Part shown: in pieces, positions 59,313-63,818 of the stretch
Layout of the letters: each line of letters opens with the position of its first letter
How positions within the stretch are numbered: the first letter of the stretch is position 1
Source of the DNA: Lama guanicoe
Taxonomy: Eukaryota
Length of the DNA: 63,818 bases
Assembly (NCBI GenBank): GCA_013239625.1
Contig: MU056765.1
Location: forward strand, 1,938,485-2,002,302
Direction: 5' to 3'
Translations under genes and position numbers: made by a program
Notes under the pieces: model-generated
What the model saw: the letters and a program-made list of their open reading frames with translations, nothing else
Told to the model about the DNA's origin: nothing
Databases searched by the model: none

Positions 59313-61034
59313 TGTATTAGCTCTTTGAAGGCAAGTGTGCTCGGCTCCAGGTGGATCTGGGCAGGCACCTGGCCAGCTGTCACCCTTCCTCCTGAGGCCC
59401 ACCTCCCGGAATGGCCGGGGGTGAGGTTGGAGAGGGGCAGCTGGGAGCAGAGGGAAGTTGGGTTGTCGGAAGCCCCTCTGGGAAGGAAAGGCTCCTGAGA
59501 GCGGACGCCCGAGCTCCCTGCCCTGCCACATCACGAAGTCCTGTCTTGAAAACACCAGATCTCCTAGGTCACTTCTGCCATGACTCTGTGGCCGCAGAGA
59601 CACTGCTGACTGAGCTCTGGTCCTTGCTCGCCACCGACAGAATCTGGGTGCTCCTCAGCTCCTTGGCCAGCCCAGGGGGTCTGATGATGGTCAAGTGCAT
59701 TCACTCCCCTCACCACCCTCCACCTCCCCCAGCAGAGCTTTATCTGTAGACACAGCAGGAGGTGGCCTGCGCATTGTCGGCAAATTGTTAGAAGGCGCCT
59801 CTGCTGGTCCTCCTACCGAGCTCCCACGGCCCGGCCCATCGCTGTGTCTGAAACTCCCCAGCAGAGAGGGCTGCTGTGGCTTCAGCTGGTAGGAAGCCCT
59901 CCTCCAAGGCGCAAACACCGCGGGAAGGACCACCGAGCTGGTAGCTAGCAGCACCCTTACAAGCCGGGCCAGCCCAGAGGGGGTCTCCAGCTTAGCTTGC
60001 TTCAAAATTACCTGGGGTCAGCTGGAAACAGCAAGCTGAAAAAGGACAGCTGGGGAGATACGAATGTAGGCGATGTTATTGAATAATTGTTCATTTCATC
60101 CAATGTGATAATGACATTGAGGGGTCGGGAGACACAGCTGAGATATTTCAGGGTAAAGTACTGTGATGTTTGCAGTCTACTCTCAAATGGTTCGGCCAAA
60201 TACAAACACACGCACACACACACACAGGCACGCGTGCATGAAGTAAACACAAAATGTTAGTAACTGTTGAACGTGGGTGGTGGGCGTCTGAGTGATGACC
60301 TTACTTTTTCAGCTTAGTGTGGATGTGTGTTTGAAAATGATCATAATACAAAATTAGGGGTAAAATCACCTGGATGGTTTAAAGTCCCTGCCCTCGGAGT
60401 CTGTGACGCAGGTGGTCCAGTGGTGCTGAGAATGGGGAGTTGCGCAAGCTCCCCGGGTGCTCCTGATGCAGTTGATCCTCGGAGCCCACGGGGGAGTCCC
60501 TGCTCTGAGAGCTCAGGGTCCCAGGGGAAACTCCAGCCCCAGCGTGTTGTGAGTCCGGAGCAGAGCAGTGGTCAGACGGGTGAAAGCAGCCATGCTGAGT
60601 GGTGCACGGCGGCCTGGATCCCTCCCACTGCTCATCCCTGCTGGGCAGCGCCCTCCACCATGCAGAAGCCTCCATGCGGAGCCTCAGCTCCAGCCACACC
60701 TGCCTCTCCCCCCATGCTCCAGCAGCTTTCAACTCCTCAGACATCATGCTTGTCCCACCTCCTGGCCTTTGCTCAGAATGTCCCTCCTGCTTAGAATGAC
60801 CTTTTTTCTTACCTCCCAACCTCCGTTCTCCCCCACGTACATGGCCAGTGTGTACCATCTTCACGTCCCCCACTCCAAGCAGCCTTCTGAAGGCTGGGTC
60901 AGTCCCCTCTTCTATGTGCGCCCACAGCCCCTCCCCCTTTGCCCCAGCAAACTGATGCCCTTACATGATTTCCCATTTACTGTTCTGTGTCGCTCACTGG
61001 TGTGAGAACCCCTGGAGAGTCCTCCGTGGAGTCA

Positions 61035-61391
61035 TCAGGGTTGTTCCCAAATGCCCCTCGCTTCCCTCTTTCCAGGTACAGGGCAGGGTCGCACTGCCCA
61101 GCCCCTCGAGGGGAGTTCTGACCTGGAACTATGTAGCCAGTTCTGGCCAATGAACTATGATCACAAGTGGGAGACCCTCCAGAGCTTTCTTTTTATCAAC
61201 AACCCAGCAACCCACATCAGAGAAGGCGGGTCTGTGGGAGCCTGTGTCCCTGAGTAAGTACAATGCCCAGAGCCCCTAGCTGATCTGTGCCGGGCATGCA
61301 GCTTTGGAGGGAAGAAACCCTGATCGTTCTTAGCCACGGTGATGTGGGGTTTGTTGCTACAGCACAACCTAACCCAGCCTGACTGATACAC
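61035..61391. mobile_element. MaLR (MLT1-like) LTR remnant
   Basis: Terminus (reverse complement) tgtatcagtcaggctgggttaggttgtgctgtagcaacaaacccc; approximate. Confidence 0.55.
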
Positions 61392-62469
61392 ATGCCTTAT
61401 TCATCTCTATACCCCCAAACACCTGGCCCAACCGCTAGCACAAAACAGATGCATAAAAAACAATTCCTATCACTGCTTATCTTGGCTCTGAAACTGGCCT
61501 CAAAGACCAGGCAGATGTTCTAAGACGCACCATCCCTGTGTCCTTCCCTGATGCACAAGATTCTCCACAGAAGTGCCCCAAATCACAGAGTAAGTACCCT
61601 GTACAAAGAGGTACAAATGCCAACTCCTCTGACCTCTTCACAGCTCAGACAGGCTCCCGGATAAATCCCGAGTTAACCATGAGCCGCCATCACCCCTGTG
61701 CCCTGGTGAAGGCTCCAGTGAGGAGAGGAACCCTCGTAACCCGCTACCCTGCTTGTTAACGATCCCGCAGCCTTCAGGCCGTGTCCCCGGAAGGCATCAG
61801 AGAGGACCCTGTGCTCAGTCCAGTGACTCTGGGTACCACTGCAGCTTCTGGAAAAGCTCCGAAGGAAAGAAAGTTTGTTCCCACTGCCCCTTCAGTTCCC
61901 TACCTCTGTGGCCTTTTCCTCTTGCCAGCTCACTCGAGTCCCAAGCACACTCCTCCCCCTCTCCCTGCCCCCAAGGACTGCACTGCAGGAGCTAAAAGGT
62001 GCACTGAAGTGTGAGGGGGGAAGGCAGCACCCTGCAGTCAGCCTGGCAGCCCTTGGGCAAATGGGAGTAAACCGCTGGTGCTTCTGGCTCGTGCACATCC
62101 AGGGAGGGTGCAGGTGGTAGAGGGCCCCGACCGCAGCTGCTTCATCCACGGACACCTGTGGTGTCCCCCTCACACCTCCCAGCTTTTGGTCCTTAAGGAC
62201 GGTGGATTCCAGATGCGTCCAGAAGATGCTTTGTTTCCTTTCCCAGATGAAGGCAGTGCAGAGCAGCAGATGGGGTAAGAGGTGGGCAAAGAGTGTGGGG
62301 CAGTCACAGAGAAGGCCCCAGGGCAGGGACGCCAGGCTTCCCCTTGCTGTCACCTTGATGCTCCTGGGGCCAAAGCCCAGCCCAGCACCAGTTTTGCTCT
62401 CTGGAATCCTCACTCTCAGTGAGGCCGGCACACTCGTCCAGGGCTGCACGTCCTGAGACTGCCCTGCAA

Positions 62470-62611
62470 GGAGGGGCCTGAAACACCCTTCAGTCACATC
62501 CCTAGGTGACTTCATATTTCACCTCTTAAGGAGAGGAGCGTCCTTAAGGACCAAAAGCTGGGAGGGGCCTGAAACACCCTTCAGTCACATCCCTAGGTGA
62601 CTTCATATTTC
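62470..62611. repeat. 51-bp perfect direct repeat (62470-62520, 62561-62611) whose spacer holds a 27-bp inverted copy of 62175-62201
   Basis: Seen directly; see finding. Confidence 0.95.
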
Positions 62612-63118
62612 CCAAAGTCCCTCACGTCCACTACTTCCTTACACCCTGATAGTCCTGAGCCAGGAGGGGAGAATATTATCCATGTTCAACAGTGGACGAG
62701 TTTTGAGACCCACAGAGGTGAAAAAGTGCCTTGGTCCACACAGCAAGTCGGTGACAGAGCCAGGACGGAGCCTGGGCCTCGACACCCTCTGACCAGTGTC
62801 CTGCCAGCTTGACTGTGGTGTTCTAGGTAAGAAAAGGTGAGAGGAGCTTTCCAGAAGCTTGAGGTCATGCATGCACACGTGCCCCCACCCCCCTTTCAAA
62901 ATGCAGCACCAATGACAGAAATATTGCTGGGACTTGGGGACAAATGTCCACGTAGGGGACCACTGAGCCTCTGTGAGTAGGGTCCTGGCCGCCTTTGGAG
63001 TGCTGCCTGGCTGGGGCTGCCAAGGTGCCTGGGAGTCAGGAAGGGCCGTCCCAGCCCAGCCTCAGGTTGGCCTTCACGCCGCATGGAGACCAGTGGATGC
63101 CGGTGGCTGTAGGGCTCC

Positions 63119-63200
63119 TCATGGTGAACACGTGGCTGCCCGTGGGCCCCTGGGGCTCATCTGGCTCAAGTTTTCATAGTTGGACTCCTGAGCCTGGGGC
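63119..63200 (-). CDS. SIGLEC15: SIGLEC15 last coding exon ((R)PQAQESNYENLSQMSPRGPRAATCSP*)
   Basis: Reverse strand reads ctcctgtccacag|g ccc cag gct cag gag tcc aac tat gaa aac ttg...cca tga. Matches the recalled human SIGLEC15 tail (SNYENL motif) and EPG5-SIGLEC15 convergent synteny. The window end reads (g)tgagt on the - strand, probably the upstream donor. Confidence 0.92.
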
Positions 63201-63818
63201 CTGTGGACAGGAGAAAGTTGGCTGATCCCTCAGTCAGGAGGGGTCCCGGACTGCCCAAACCACAGCCCAGCAAGGGGCAGGAAGGAGGGGTGAGATGGGT
63301 GTCGGGGGCCCCCCTCCAACAGGGCCTGGAGACTAAATGAAGGTTGGAGGTGGGACAGCGGCAGAACTTGGGGAACAGGGAGGGGACTACCTGGGTGACA
63401 GATCCCAGACCACAGACCCTCTGTCTTCCCGAAGGGATCTCCTCTGTGGCTTCAAAAACCTCCTCTGGGGTCCTGACTTCTGGGGTCCTGACCTCCAGAT
63501 CGGGCCTCCTGAGCTCCAAATGCTTTCCTGACTTTTGGGGTGGCCTCACGAGCATCTCAAAACTAAATGTCGACAGTGGTCGGGCGATCCCCACCCCCTA
63601 CTCTCTCTTCATCTTCAGCTCAGGAAGTGGCACCCAAGGTTCCAGCTTCAGACTTGCCCGCTCCCTCCCTTGTTTGTGCTGCCCCCACCCCCCCCCTCCT
63701 CTGGCCAGGCCTGCCTCTGGCTGCCCCATTGCCCCGCCCCCTCTTCATTCAAGCAACCAAACATCCTCAGCCCCTCACAGGTCTCCTGCCCCGATTCCTG
63801 TTCAGAGGGGGCCACTCA

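Noticed and set aside
55020-62515. Many 100-200 aa ORFs in the 3'UTR/intergenic region (e.g. 57588-58088, 61892-62515)
   Set aside because: GC-rich sequence is depleted of stops; ORFs occur in all frames, with low-complexity P/S/G/R composition and no family motifs.
63464-63492. Two-copy 15-bp-period repeat (tctggggtcctgac) in the SIGLEC15 intron
   Set aside because: Ordinary slippage duplication; not an array, no spacers.
1-63818. CRISPR arrays, operons, phage/defence systems, rRNA
   Set aside because: Sequence is intron-rich mammalian DNA; no repeat-spacer arrays or prokaryotic gene architecture seen.

Overview
Mammalian (eukaryotic) genomic DNA, most likely a camelid, inferred from four tRNA-Ala-derived Vic-1-like SINEs and L1 3' ends. 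The + strand carries the 3' half of EPG5 (ectopic P-granules autophagy tethering factor; the Vici syndrome gene). There are 24 coding exons from 1393 to the stop at 52875-52877 (about 1,350 codons), plus the probable tail of one more exon at 1-11. All visible splice junctions are GT-AG and all phases join into one open frame. One exon is largely hidden under an N-run (27553-27748). A long 3'UTR follows, with proximal (about 54.7 kb) and distal (about 57.2-57.3 kb) poly(A) signals. On the - strand, the last coding exon of SIGLEC15 (63119-63200, ...ESNYENLSQM...CSP*) converges tail-to-tail with EPG5. Introns hold SINEs, antisense L1 fragments, ERV solo LTRs, MaLR, MIR/L2 and hAT remnants. There are no prokaryotic features or CRISPR arrays, and I found no convincing novel biological system. 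The best second-look items are: (1) a complex templated duplication/inversion downstream of the SIGLEC15 stop, (2) a perfect in-frame 9-nt cryptic microexon inside an antisense L1, (3) inverted SINEs bracketing three exons, (4) an excess of AAG acceptors, and (5) N-runs that look like masking rather than true gaps. Gene identities rest on my recall of the human proteins, not on a database search.
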